Shown in pieces: positions 9,644-19,211 of a DNA stretch of 64,000 nt. Each line of letters starts with the position of its first letter. Position 1 is the first letter of the stretch. The translations under genes were made by a program, and so were the position numbers. The notes below the pieces were generated by a model that had not been told where the DNA came from, did no database searches, and saw only the letters and a program-made list of their open reading frames with translations. The DNA comes from an uncultured Bacteroidota bacterium (GTDB lineage Bacteria > Bacteroidota > Bacteroidia > UBA4408): NCBI GenBank assembly GCA_903831265.1, contig CAIKXD010000028.1:9414-73413 (forward strand). Direction: 5' to 3'.

Positions 9644-10954
9644 TTAATTCTTGATAAAAACCTTTCTTTGTTCATTATCTCCTACTCTTAACAGAAGATA
9701 ATAAATTCCATTATTTACATCTGAAATATCAATGCTTTGAACAACATTACCATTGTAATTGCCAAGATTTGTTTCAGCCTTTACTGTATTGCCTAGTGCA
9801 TTATTTATACTATAATAAATATCAGCCGATTCATTAAGCCAAATATTTATATTTAATAAATTATTTGCTGGATTAGGGTAAACAAAAAACCTAAATTTTC
9901 CGAGTGAAAATTCTGGACACACCACAGCAATATCTCTATCATTGCAATAGCCTGGATAACAGCACAAGCTCTGCACATTAAAATTTGCTTTTGCATCATA
10001 ATTACAAGCACTAGTATCCATACATCCTAGCACAATAGGGGTTTTGCATGAATCTGGCGCATCGCAACCATAAACATTTGAGTATTCTATAAAGTTAGCA
10101 TCCCTGCAACCACATAAAAAAGGATAAGATAAAAATGGGCTCAGCTGCTCATCAGCAAACAGCGTATCGTTATTGGCCACATACTTTATTTGTAAAGTTC
10201 CTCCTGTAGGATTAGGAATTTCTACTTCAATATTTAATTTAAAAGAAAGTTCACCTGAAGTAGTTAATTGAGCAATTAAAATTTTATTATCAACAGTATT
10301 TACACCTATTGTTCCGGAGTTTTGAATACCGGCATCATAACTCATAAATTCGCTTCCTTCAACTAAAGAACCAAAAATTGTTGAATCTGTTGTGCCTGTG
10401 GGATCAACAATACCGTTGCTACCCCAATTTGTTAATTGTAAATTATAATTTATTATTCCATCAGCAAGAGTTAAAGGAATGCCCATAGCAGGATTATTGT
10501 TAGCTAGCAGTGCACTATCATTATTGCTACCACCAACAAAAGAACCATTTGTATCTTCTGTTTTTAAAATTCCATGCAAAGTAGATGCAGCATTAGAAAT
10601 TTGTCCAAGGGTTAGCCAACTATCTAAAGCTACAGTATTTTCTTTGAACCTGTTTTTATTAAAGTCTTTGGCAAAAGTTTTACCTTCTATTTTGTGATTG
10701 TAAAAGGTGGTTGTTGTTTTAAAATTTAAAGGATGATATTGATCGCCATAAACGTTTTTCAGCACTGTTCCTTCTTTTAAATCAATATAAATCCTGTAGG
10801 TTATAGATCCAGCATCTAATTGACCACCGATAGTATCAGCAATATCGTTATTATCTGCAATATAATAGGTTTCAACAATTACATTTTCAACCTGCGCTTT
10901 CACCGAAAAGGAGAAGGCTATAATTAATGCTATTAAATTAATTTTTAGTTTCAT
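9644..10954 (-). CDS. T9SS type-A cargo: unnamed shared domain, Cys-rich GCxD repeats, CTD
   Basis: Start moved to MKLKINL (ATG at 10954), which gives a signal peptide; GCRD/GCMDTSACNYD; VYPNPA..GIYYLLL..KVFIKN. Confidence 0.85.
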   Translation of the reverse strand: MKLKINLIALIIAFSFSVKAQVENVIVETYYIADNNDIADTIGGQLDAGSITYRIYIDLKEGTVLKNVYGDQYHPLNFKTTTTFYNHKIEGKTFAKDFNKNRFKENTVALDSWLTLGQISNAASTLHGILKTEDTNGSFVGGSNNDSALLANNNPAMGIPLTLADGIINYNLQLTNWGSNGIVDPTGTTDSTIFGSLVEGSEFMSYDAGIQNSGTIGVNTVDNKILIAQLTTSGELSFKLNIEVEIPNPTGGTLQIKYVANNDTLFADEQLSPFLSYPFLCGCRDANFIEYSNVYGCDAPDSCKTPIVLGCMDTSACNYDAKANFNVQSLCCYPGYCNDRDIAVVCPEFSLGKFRFFVYPNPANNLLNINIWLNESADIYYSINNALGNTVKAETNLGNYNGNVVQSIDISDVNNGIYYLLLRVGDNEQRKVFIKN

Positions 10955-10961
10955 TTTATTC

Positions 10962-13900
10962 TTATAGCTTGTATGAAATTGACAAATTATAGTTGGTTCC
11001 AAATCTGTAACGATCAAAGTCTGCAGTAAATCCTTCAGGCAATTGATAAGACCTTCTTACAGGACTATTTAAAATATCTTTAATTGTTACAGTTACAGCG
11101 AATCTCTTTCCTAATTCTTTGGCAATTCTAAAATCTAACATATGTCGCGGTAACTCAAAAACATCGGGAACAAAACCGGGTTGTGATGAAACCACAGCCA
11201 ATCTTGGACCTTGAACATTATAAGCAATTGAAGTTGATAATCTTAAACTATCCATAGTGTAACTAATTATACCATTAATTACATAGGGTGCTTGGCCCGA
11301 CATTTGTCTAGTTAAGGTATCAAATGGCTCTACAACCTTAATATTATTTTTCACATAAATATTATTTTGAATAACTTCTGTTATAGATTGCGCTAAAGTA
11401 AGATTAGCTCTAAATTCTAATCCTTTCATAATTATCTTTCTGCCATCTAATTCAATTCCTTTTACATTAGATTCATTTGCATTTTGCCAACTAAATCCTT
11501 GGGTAGTTTGCACCAATTCAATATGATTAAAGAATTTCTTGTAAAAGAAACTCACAGAAATATTATCGCCATTTTCGAAATAAGATTCTAACCTTAAATC
11601 ATAATTATGAATATCAACAGTTTTAAGGTCGGCATTTCCGAATATGAAATTTCTATACTCATAGTCAAAAATTGTTGTTTCTGTTAACTCTCTTACACTT
11701 GGTCTAGCTATAGTTTTACTATAGTTTACTCTCAAGTTAATAGGGCTTGTTTCTAAATTTCTTAATTTGCAAATCACATTTAGGCTTGGCAATAAATTTG
11801 CTTGATTAATGGCCCCTGGATTTACCATAAACGCATCACCCGGCTGAAATCTTCGTTCATCAAAGGCTTCATATCCTATTGAGTCGAACTTAAATACATC
11901 GGCATAAATATTTGTATATTCTATTCTTGCGCCTGCTGATGCTCTTAAACGAGGAACGATGGTATAATCAAGAAGTGCATAACCTGAGTATATGTTAGTT
12001 CTTCCAATAGTATGATAGGAGTCTAAGTCGACCGCCAAATAAGATTTATTTATGGTCGTTTCTGGCAATCCACTTAAGTTAGTTTGCTCACTAAATTCAT
12101 ATTCAGAAAGATTGAAAAAACCCTGCAAATCTTCATTTTCAAAACCTGAAGCTGTAAAAGGTCCAGCAGAGTAAAAATATTCATACTGACGACTATCGCG
12201 TATGGTATTTAAAAAGCTACCACCAAATTTAAGTTTACGCGCTAAGTTCGGTTTTTCAAACAATGGCACTTCTATTTTAATGTTGGCATCTAGCAAATCT
12301 TCATTTAAATACCTGTAAAATCTACGGATAGGAAAGCCACCACCAATTGCATTTTGATTATTTGGAAGTAGGGCATAAGCTAAGCTTTTAAAATCGGGTG
12401 CCACACTTTTACCATTGGTGTACGATAAATTAAAGTTTAGTTTTGATTTAATAGTTGGAAAGTAATGTTGTGTTTTTGCCTGATAAACCAATTGCCTTCT
12501 TTGCTCATAAAATTGATCTTTTACAACAACATTATTTACCCCATTGGCAGAATCTAAAAAGGTTCTAACATTATTTACACCCAAGAAATTAGGCATAAAT
12601 AAAAATCCAATGGTATGATTGGGATGAACTTTGTAGGTTAATTGCAGCAAGCCACTGAGCCCGTTTGTTTCTTTTGTGGATTGCTGTTTTGCATTTAAAA
12701 TAAATGTTTGCGGCCCATTTACATCTGCAGGAAGCAATCTGTTTATATCCGAAACAGAATCATATTGCACAGCACTTGAATAGCGGAAGCCACCAATAAT
12801 TCCGAGAGGTCTTTTAAAAAGATTTACCTGGTTACCAATGCTAAAGCTTTGGCTAAAATTGAGCGGCGCTACTCTATACTTTGTATCCCAATTGTTTGGC
12901 AATGATTTACCAAATGCTGATGCTTTTGAATTGATGGCCCTGTAGGCTTTATTTCTATTTTCATTGTTTGAATTAAATGTATTTTTAGCAGCATTTACGG
13001 CCTCCAAATCATTAAACTGTCCTTTGTCTAATAAACCCAATTGCACCAAACCTAACTTAAAATAATCATCACTCCAAGGTGTATCTTTATTTACTCCAAT
13101 GGCGTTATAAAAATCTTCCAATCCTAAAACAACTAGCTGCTGATAAACTGTTGGTTCTTCAATAACAGGTTGATATGCCAAATGATCAATATCTCTTAGA
13201 TCACTATCATAACCTAACCATTCTGTTGAACTTCGCTCACTCGATACATATTGTCTAAAAGTACTTTGGCTATTGTAACCCACGGTACTTTCAACATTTA
13301 CCATTAATCTATCAGGAAAATCTTTTGTTTCTAAAGAGATGAGCGCCCCTGAAAAATCGCCTGCTAAATCTGCACTAGCTGTTTTGGTAATAAAAATATT
13401 ATCTAATAAACTAGAAGGAAATAAATCTAATTTAATGTTATTGGTTAAGGGATCCAAAGTAGGAATTACTAAACCATTTATTTGAGTTTTAACATATCTA
13501 TCGCCAATACCACGCACCGTAATAAAGGAACCACTAGATGACACTCCCGAAACTCTTGCAACGGCAGCTGCAGCAGTTGCATCACCTGTTTTTTTGATGG
13601 TTTCTGATGAAACAAAATCTATAGATGTAACAGAGTTTATTTTCATTTTATCAAGGTAGTAATCCTTTGCACGGTTTGCCTTTGCCTCTACTACTAATTC
13701 TTTTATTTCCTTAGTGCTTGATTTTAAGTCAAAATTCTTAATTAATATTTGACCATTTTTTAATGATATATTTTCCTCTACAGTAAGATATCCAATATAA
13801 GAAACAACAACAATTTGTGAAGTACTATCGGGTATTTTTATAGCATAATTTCCATCTAAATCGGTTGATGAGGCTATTAGTTTATTATTTTTTAATACTA

Positions 13901-14021
13901 CTAAACCACCGATCACTGGTTCCCCATTCTCATCAGTAACCTTTCCTCTAAGCGTACCTTGAGCTTTTATATTAATGATATTACTAATTAATATTATTAA
14001 TACGATGCAAAACCTTTTCAT
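10962..14021 (-). CDS. TonB-dependent receptor with N-terminal carboxypeptidase-regulatory-like domain
   Basis: GKVTDENGEPVIG..TDLDGNY; plug VRGIGDRY, LDLFPSSLLDNI.ITKT..AD..GDFSG; barrel ending NLSISYKL. Confidence 0.92.
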   Translation of the reverse strand: MKRFCIVLIILISNIINIKAQGTLRGKVTDENGEPVIGGLVVLKNNKLIASSTDLDGNYAIKIPDSTSQIVVVSYIGYLTVEENISLKNGQILIKNFDLKSSTKEIKELVVEAKANRAKDYYLDKMKINSVTSIDFVSSETIKKTGDATAAAAVARVSGVSSSGSFITVRGIGDRYVKTQINGLVIPTLDPLTNNIKLDLFPSSLLDNIFITKTASADLAGDFSGALISLETKDFPDRLMVNVESTVGYNSQSTFRQYVSSERSSTEWLGYDSDLRDIDHLAYQPVIEEPTVYQQLVVLGLEDFYNAIGVNKDTPWSDDYFKLGLVQLGLLDKGQFNDLEAVNAAKNTFNSNNENRNKAYRAINSKASAFGKSLPNNWDTKYRVAPLNFSQSFSIGNQVNLFKRPLGIIGGFRYSSAVQYDSVSDINRLLPADVNGPQTFILNAKQQSTKETNGLSGLLQLTYKVHPNHTIGFLFMPNFLGVNNVRTFLDSANGVNNVVVKDQFYEQRRQLVYQAKTQHYFPTIKSKLNFNLSYTNGKSVAPDFKSLAYALLPNNQNAIGGGFPIRRFYRYLNEDLLDANIKIEVPLFEKPNLARKLKFGGSFLNTIRDSRQYEYFYSAGPFTASGFENEDLQGFFNLSEYEFSEQTNLSGLPETTINKSYLAVDLDSYHTIGRTNIYSGYALLDYTIVPRLRASAGARIEYTNIYADVFKFDSIGYEAFDERRFQPGDAFMVNPGAINQANLLPSLNVICKLRNLETSPINLRVNYSKTIARPSVRELTETTIFDYEYRNFIFGNADLKTVDIHNYDLRLESYFENGDNISVSFFYKKFFNHIELVQTTQGFSWQNANESNVKGIELDGRKIIMKGLEFRANLTLAQSITEVIQNNIYVKNNIKVVEPFDTLTRQMSGQAPYVINGIISYTMDSLRLSTSIAYNVQGPRLAVVSSQPGFVPDVFELPRHMLDFRIAKELGKRFAVTVTIKDILNSPVRRSYQLPEGFTADFDRYRFGTNYNLSISYKL

Positions 14022-14067
14022 AATAAAGTTAATGAATGTGTATGTATATTTCTGTGTAAATTAATTT

Positions 14068-15171
14068 TTATAGCTTAATTAATTTCTTTGTAGAAACCAC
14101 TCCATTTAAATTAATTTGCATAAAATAAATTCCTTTATTTAAGCGACTTAAATCAATGGTATCGCTATAATTACTATTTAATGTAGGAATTGAATTGGCG
14201 ATTACCTCTTTACCCTCCATGCTATAAATAGTATAAAACATATATTGTTTTTTGTTATCAGCATTGGATGACTTTACTTCAATATTTAAATTATCTTTAA
14301 TTGGATTGGGATAAATTTTGTAAACAGCACCTGTAGGGTTTAAATCTTGTAAGTTTGTTAAGTTACCCGAATCGTAAACTAATGCTGGGTGTTGAAATTG
14401 AGAGCCAGTAGGATTTTCAGCAACATATTGCTCTGTTCCTCCACCTGGTGTTCCTAATTGCAAATTAAGTTTAAAAGTTAAAACGCCATCTGTTGTTAAC
14501 TGAGCAATTAATACCCTGTTGGTATTTGCATCAGGACCAGTAGCACCACCCAAGGCTGCCCATGAACCATTATCTGTAGAAAACAAATTGCCAATAGTAC
14601 TATTACCAAATACATTAATTACTGAACTAATTCCAACTGCAGTAACAGAAACAGGCGTTCCTGCTAATAATCCATCCTGAGTTGATAAAGGAATACCTGC
14701 ATCAACATTTGCACTTTGTAAAATTGAACTAACATTGCATCCTGAACATGAATTAACATTGGTATTTAAACCATCGTCATCTGTTTTTAAAACGCCAAAA
14801 TAACCATTGCAAGCACCTCCTACAGACAACCATGAATCAAGCATCACCGTGTTTTTAGCTGAATTGTTTTTAGAAAAAGTTGGAGATGTACTTCCATAAT
14901 CCATATTGTTAAAAAACTGGGTGGTAGTTTCTATCCTTAATTCTTGACCTTGTAACCCAAAAGCCGCTTGAAACGTGTATCCTGCTGCCATATCTACATA
15001 AACTCTGTATGTTGTAGAACCTACAGGAAGAATTCCTCCAACAACATTCGCATTCGTATCATTAGCTTCAGAGATATAATATTTTTCAACGATGATATCT
15101 TCTAATCCATTTTGTGCTTGCGCATAAAAACATGCAAATAATAAAGGTAGTGCTAGTAACGTTTTTTTCAT
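14068..15171 (-). CDS. T9SS type-A cargo: unnamed shared domain plus CTD
   Basis: Signal peptide; IVEKYY/LPVGSTTYR/NTVMLDSWL; IYPNP..KGIYFMQI..KKLIKL. Confidence 0.88.
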   Translation of the reverse strand: MKKTLLALPLLFACFYAQAQNGLEDIIVEKYYISEANDTNANVVGGILPVGSTTYRVYVDMAAGYTFQAAFGLQGQELRIETTTQFFNNMDYGSTSPTFSKNNSAKNTVMLDSWLSVGGACNGYFGVLKTDDDGLNTNVNSCSGCNVSSILQSANVDAGIPLSTQDGLLAGTPVSVTAVGISSVINVFGNSTIGNLFSTDNGSWAALGGATGPDANTNRVLIAQLTTDGVLTFKLNLQLGTPGGGTEQYVAENPTGSQFQHPALVYDSGNLTNLQDLNPTGAVYKIYPNPIKDNLNIEVKSSNADNKKQYMFYTIYSMEGKEVIANSIPTLNSNYSDTIDLSRLNKGIYFMQINLNGVVSTKKLIKL

Positions 15172-15198
15172 TTTTTTAAAATTTAAAATCTTTAATAT

Positions 15199-16305
15199 TT
15201 AGTGATTAACAATTAATTTCTTTGAGAAGCTATGAGTTGCATCTTCTATTTTTATAAGATATATTCCCGATTCGATGCCTTGCATAGAAAACTGATATCC
15301 ATCTTTAGAAACTGCACCAACTTTGCGCTGATCTAAAAGCACACCGCGGCTATCATAAAGTGAAATCAAACTGTTTTGCTCCATTTTAATCTTAGGTTTA
15401 ATGGTCAATATTTCATCGGTCAATGGATTGGGAAATATATCAATACCATTATTTTTTTCGAAGATTGCAATATCCTTTAATGAAGAAGGAGTGCTTACAG
15501 AATCGTTTAGCGCTGCCAATAAAATTGAACTAGTATCACCAGGCAAAGCCTCTGCTACATAGCGCTCAACCCCACCCGTAGGTGTACCTATTTGAACATT
15601 TAATTTATATTTTAGGCTACCGTTGGTAGTAATTTGAGCAATCAACACTTTATTTATTGCGCTATCTGCGCCAGTGGCACCAGACAAACAATACCATGAA
15701 CCATTTGTGGTGCTAAAAACTGGACCATTAGTTCCATCATTTTGGCTCCCAAAAACACCAATCTCTGTATCAATACCTATGCTTCCAAAAACACCTGGAT
15801 TACCTAATTGCAAGCCATCTTGTGTATTGATTGGAATGCCGCAGTTAACATCATCGTTTTGTAATACTTGAGGAGTTTCGGCGTTAACAACCGTTGCGTT
15901 GCTATCTGTATCTTCTGTTTTTAACACCCCAAAATTACCAATACACGCAGCGCCAGAAGACAGCCAAGAATCTAGCATCACCGTATTGTCTTTTGCATTA
16001 GCTTTTGTGTAATTAGGTTGAACATCACCTCTGTCTTCATTATTAAAAAATAAAGTTGATGTTTCTATTCTAAGCTCGTGACCCGGCAAACCATAAGCAG
16101 CTTGAAACTTGTAGTTAGGTAATAAATCTAAATAAAATCTATACGTAACAGACCCAACGGGCAGCTTACCTCCTACATCATTTACTGTAGTATCGTTGTT
16201 ATTGGATTTATAATACTTTTCAACGATTAAACCCTCTAATCCGTTTTGGGCTAAACTAATTTTAAGAAATAAAAAAAATAGTAGAATTGTAGCTTTACCT
16301 TTCAT
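15199..16305 (-). CDS. T9SS type-A cargo: unnamed shared domain plus CTD (tandem paralog)
   Basis: Signal peptide; IVEKYY/LPVGSVTYR/DNTVMLDSWL; IFPNP..SGIYLIKI..KKLIVNH. Confidence 0.88.
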   Translation of the reverse strand: MKGKATILLFFLFLKISLAQNGLEGLIVEKYYKSNNNDTTVNDVGGKLPVGSVTYRFYLDLLPNYKFQAAYGLPGHELRIETSTLFFNNEDRGDVQPNYTKANAKDNTVMLDSWLSSGAACIGNFGVLKTEDTDSNATVVNAETPQVLQNDDVNCGIPINTQDGLQLGNPGVFGSIGIDTEIGVFGSQNDGTNGPVFSTTNGSWYCLSGATGADSAINKVLIAQITTNGSLKYKLNVQIGTPTGGVERYVAEALPGDTSSILLAALNDSVSTPSSLKDIAIFEKNNGIDIFPNPLTDEILTIKPKIKMEQNSLISLYDSRGVLLDQRKVGAVSKDGYQFSMQGIESGIYLIKIEDATHSFSKKLIVNH

Positions 16306-16331
16306 GAAATGCGTTGTTAAATTTGAAAGTG

Positions 16332-16388
16332 CAAAAGAAGCACTATTGTCGCGTTTGATAGATATATAAATTGTTACTATTACGTTAA
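16332..16388 (-). promoter_or_regulatory. Putative promoter with TTAAC-N6-GTAAC direct repeat
   Basis: Minus-strand half-sites at 16384-88 and 16373-77, ending 52 and 41 nt before a TTTG at 16332. Confidence 0.5.
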
Positions 16389-16591
16389 AGCTACAAGAAA
16401 AAATTAGCCATACTAAGTGACAAATTATTTATTTAAAAATTAGAGCAAACACATGTATTTCAGACATTTTAAAAACAATTAGGTACTGTTTAAGAAAATG
16501 CAATAAACAACTTAATAACACTAAATTAACCATTTAATTATTTTGATATGTTTTTAGAGGAAATAAATAATTAAAAGTGCACAGTTAAAAC

Positions 16592-16646
16592 TTTACAATT
16601 ACTTAACCCAACTGTACTTTATTGTAATTTTATGGATGTAATTTTG
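16592..16646 (+). promoter_or_regulatory. Putative promoter (TAATTTTG) with TTTAC-N6-TTAAC repeat
   Basis: -7 box at 16639-46; half-sites at 16592-96 and 16603-07; a further TAAAC/ATAAC/TTAAC triplet at 16504/16515/16526. Confidence 0.45.
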
Positions 16647-16665
16647 AGGACTCAAAATTGTTTTC

Positions 16666-17292
16666 TTGAATAAAAAAGTATTAATTATTGCGCCTCATTT
16701 AGATGATGGAAAATTAGGTTGTGGAGGCACTATTACAAAGCTTTTAGACCAAGGCATGTTTATTTATTATGTGGCATTTTCTATTGGCAATATTGTTGAT
16801 GAGCATAATGTTAATGCTAATATTTTGTTAACTGAATGTAAAGATGCATGCAAAACTTTAGGAATTACTGATGATAAATTAATTATTAAACTATTTCCAT
16901 TTAGAAAGCTAAACGAGCACAGGCAAGAAATTCTGGAGATTTTAATTGATTTAAAGCGTAAAATAAACCCTGATATCGTATTTATGCCCTCCAGCCAATC
17001 AATACACCAAGACCACAAAGCTGTATACCAAGAAGGAATTAGAGCATTTAAACACAAAACTTGTTATGGCTATGATTTACCATGGGATACAGATAATTTC
17101 AAAACTTCATGTTTTTTTACTTTAGATAAAAGACAGCTTAACTTAAAAATAGCTTCCCTTAAAATGTATGCTTCATTAAAGCATAAAACCTACATGGAAG
17201 AAAACTTTCTAAAAGGTTTGGCGCGTGTTAGAGGCACTCAAATAAATGTTGAATTTGCAGAAGCATTCGAAGCCATTCGCACTGTAGTTTAA
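16666..17292 (+). CDS. PIG-L/LmbE family deacetylase
   Basis: APHLDD..LGCGGT and HQDH motifs; LARVRG..I...FAEAFE. Confidence 0.88.
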   Translation: MNKKVLIIAPHLDDGKLGCGGTITKLLDQGMFIYYVAFSIGNIVDEHNVNANILLTECKDACKTLGITDDKLIIKLFPFRKLNEHRQEILEILIDLKRKINPDIVFMPSSQSIHQDHKAVYQEGIRAFKHKTCYGYDLPWDTDNFKTSCFFTLDKRQLNLKIASLKMYASLKHKTYMEENFLKGLARVRGTQINVEFAEAFEAIRTVV

Positions 17293-17332
17293 CTTCAAAA
17301 AAACGATCAACCAATCTAGATTTATTTCAATA

Positions 17333-17420
17333 TTAAATTAATGTTAACTACCTGCTTTGCTTTAATAACAATGATTTAACTAGTAAGTAATATTCAAGGA
17401 ATTTTGAGAGTATAGTTTTG
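17333..17420 (+). promoter_or_regulatory. Promoter (TAGTTTTG) with an array of 11-bp-spaced TAAC direct repeats (Pho-box-like)
   Basis: ATAAC 17365, TTAAC 17376, GTAAT 17387; also TTAAA 17333 and TTAAC 17344; -7 box at 17413-20. Confidence 0.6.
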
Positions 17421-17445
17421 CACCAACAAAAACAACACACAAACT

Positions 17446-19122
17446 ATGAAAAAATTCTACACAATTGCAGCAAGCTTGCTTTTTGGTTTTACAAGCCTAC
17501 AAGCACAAAGCATTATTAACATTGTTGATGCCGACTTAGTAGGCGGTCAAACATACAATTGGACCAAAAACAACGTTTATGTTTTAGATGGCGTTGTATT
17601 TCTTGAAGATGGCGGCACTTTAAATATTGAAGCTGGCACAGTAATTAAATTTACCCCTAGAGCTGATGTTGGTAATCCATCTGCATTAGTTATTTGTCGT
17701 GGTGCTAAAATTTACGCAACTGGCACCGTGGCTGAACCAATTATTTTTACAGCAGAAGATGATGACATGGCAGATGGAACTGATTTAGGTCCAACAGACA
17801 ATGCACTTTGGGGTGGTGTTGTATTATTGGGAAAAGCTTTTACCGTAAAAAATGGCAACAATGAAGTAAATGTTGAAGGTATTCCTACAACTGAACCAAG
17901 AGGTGTTTATGGTATGCCAGCTGGAGCAAATATTGACAATGATAACTCAGGTGTTTTACGTTATGTTTCTATACGTCATGGAGGTCGTCAAATTGCGAGT
18001 GGTAGTGAATTAAACGGATTAACCTTAGGTGCTGTGGGTAGCGCTACAACAGTAGAATATGTTGAAATATATGCTAACTCTGATGATGGCATCGAATTTT
18101 TTGGGGGAACAGTAAATGTAAAATATGCTGCTGTTGCATTTACCGAAGATGATAGTTTTGATTGGGATGAAAGTTGGACTGGAAAAGGTCAGTTTTGGTT
18201 CTCTATCCAAAGAGATGATATTGCTGATGCTGGTTGGGAATGCGATGGAAGTACACCTAATGATTTAACACCTGCTTCTGATCCAATTGTATTTAATGGA
18301 ACACATATTGGTTCAGGTGCAGCTGCTGCTGCGGCCAATCCAATTGGATGGTTATTCCGTGCAGGTACTAAAGGCTATGTTGCAAATAGTATTGTAAGCG
18401 AAATGAAAGGTAAAGGAATTGAAGTTCAAGATAGCCCTTCAAATAGCAATGATGCTTATGCTCAATTAATCGCAGGAGAATTAATTATCAAAAACAATTT
18501 ATTCCACAATATTGGAAGTACAACAGTAATTGATGGAAGTGCTAATGGCATAATCAGAATCACTGCAAGTGCCGATGATGCAACTGCTGCGGCTTTAATT
18601 TCTCACTTAACTACAAACAGCAATCAAATAGCTAATCCTGCCCTTTATAATGTTAGCAGAACTCAAGATGGTTTGCTAGACCCACGCCCAAGTGGAACTG
18701 GAGCAGCTTATACAACTGCTTTAGACGCTTATCCTGCAGGTGATGCTTTCTTTACAGCAGTTAATTACAAAGGTGCTTTTTCAACTGCGTCAACCGACTT
18801 ATGGCTATCTAGCTGGTCGAGTTTAGCCAAAAACGGACATTTAGTAAATGTTACTGGGATCAATGAATATAACAATGTTGTAAATTCATTAATGCTATAT
18901 CCAAATCCAACCAAAGGAAATTTAAATATCGCTTACGAGTCAAATAAAAATGTATTGGTTCAAATTATCAATACACAAGGGCAAGTGGTAAAAACATTAA
19001 ACAACAAACCTTCAGTTGGTGCACCACAAACAGTGGATGTTTCTGACTTAAGTAAAGGATTGTATTTCATAAGCTTTACAAACGGTGATAATCAATTCAG
19101 TAAGAAATTAATTATTGAATAA
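17446..19122 (+). CDS. Secreted beta-helix protein (TBDR-associated family) with T9SS type-A CTD
   Basis: LNIEAGTVIK, ALVICRGAKI..GT..PIIFT, DNSGVLRYVSIRHGG, DDGIEFFGG, YKGAF..W..SW; LYPNPT..KGLYFISF..KKLIIE. Confidence 0.88.
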   Translation: MKKFYTIAASLLFGFTSLQAQSIINIVDADLVGGQTYNWTKNNVYVLDGVVFLEDGGTLNIEAGTVIKFTPRADVGNPSALVICRGAKIYATGTVAEPIIFTAEDDDMADGTDLGPTDNALWGGVVLLGKAFTVKNGNNEVNVEGIPTTEPRGVYGMPAGANIDNDNSGVLRYVSIRHGGRQIASGSELNGLTLGAVGSATTVEYVEIYANSDDGIEFFGGTVNVKYAAVAFTEDDSFDWDESWTGKGQFWFSIQRDDIADAGWECDGSTPNDLTPASDPIVFNGTHIGSGAAAAAANPIGWLFRAGTKGYVANSIVSEMKGKGIEVQDSPSNSNDAYAQLIAGELIIKNNLFHNIGSTTVIDGSANGIIRITASADDATAAALISHLTTNSNQIANPALYNVSRTQDGLLDPRPSGTGAAYTTALDAYPAGDAFFTAVNYKGAFSTASTDLWLSSWSSLAKNGHLVNVTGINEYNNVVNSLMLYPNPTKGNLNIAYESNKNVLVQIINTQGQVVKTLNNKPSVGAPQTVDVSDLSKGLYFISFTNGDNQFSKKLIIE

Positions 19123-19141
19123 AAACAAATAACATAATCAG

Positions 19142-19173
19142 AAATAGCAGGGGGCAAACGTCTCCTGCTATTT
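19142..19173 (+). terminator. Intergenic hairpin (leaky terminator or mRNA stabiliser)
   Basis: AAATAGCAGGGGGC-AAAC-GTCTCCTGCTATTT with a short T tail. Confidence 0.6.
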
Positions 19174-19211
19174 GTGTTTAACAGACTGGCTAAAACAACT
19201 ACACAATTAAA

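Noticed and set aside
16666..16730. PIG-L motif reads HLDDGKLG instead of HxDDGE, suggesting an inactive enzyme
   Set aside because: The metal ligands HxDD and HQDH are intact; one substitution is too little evidence
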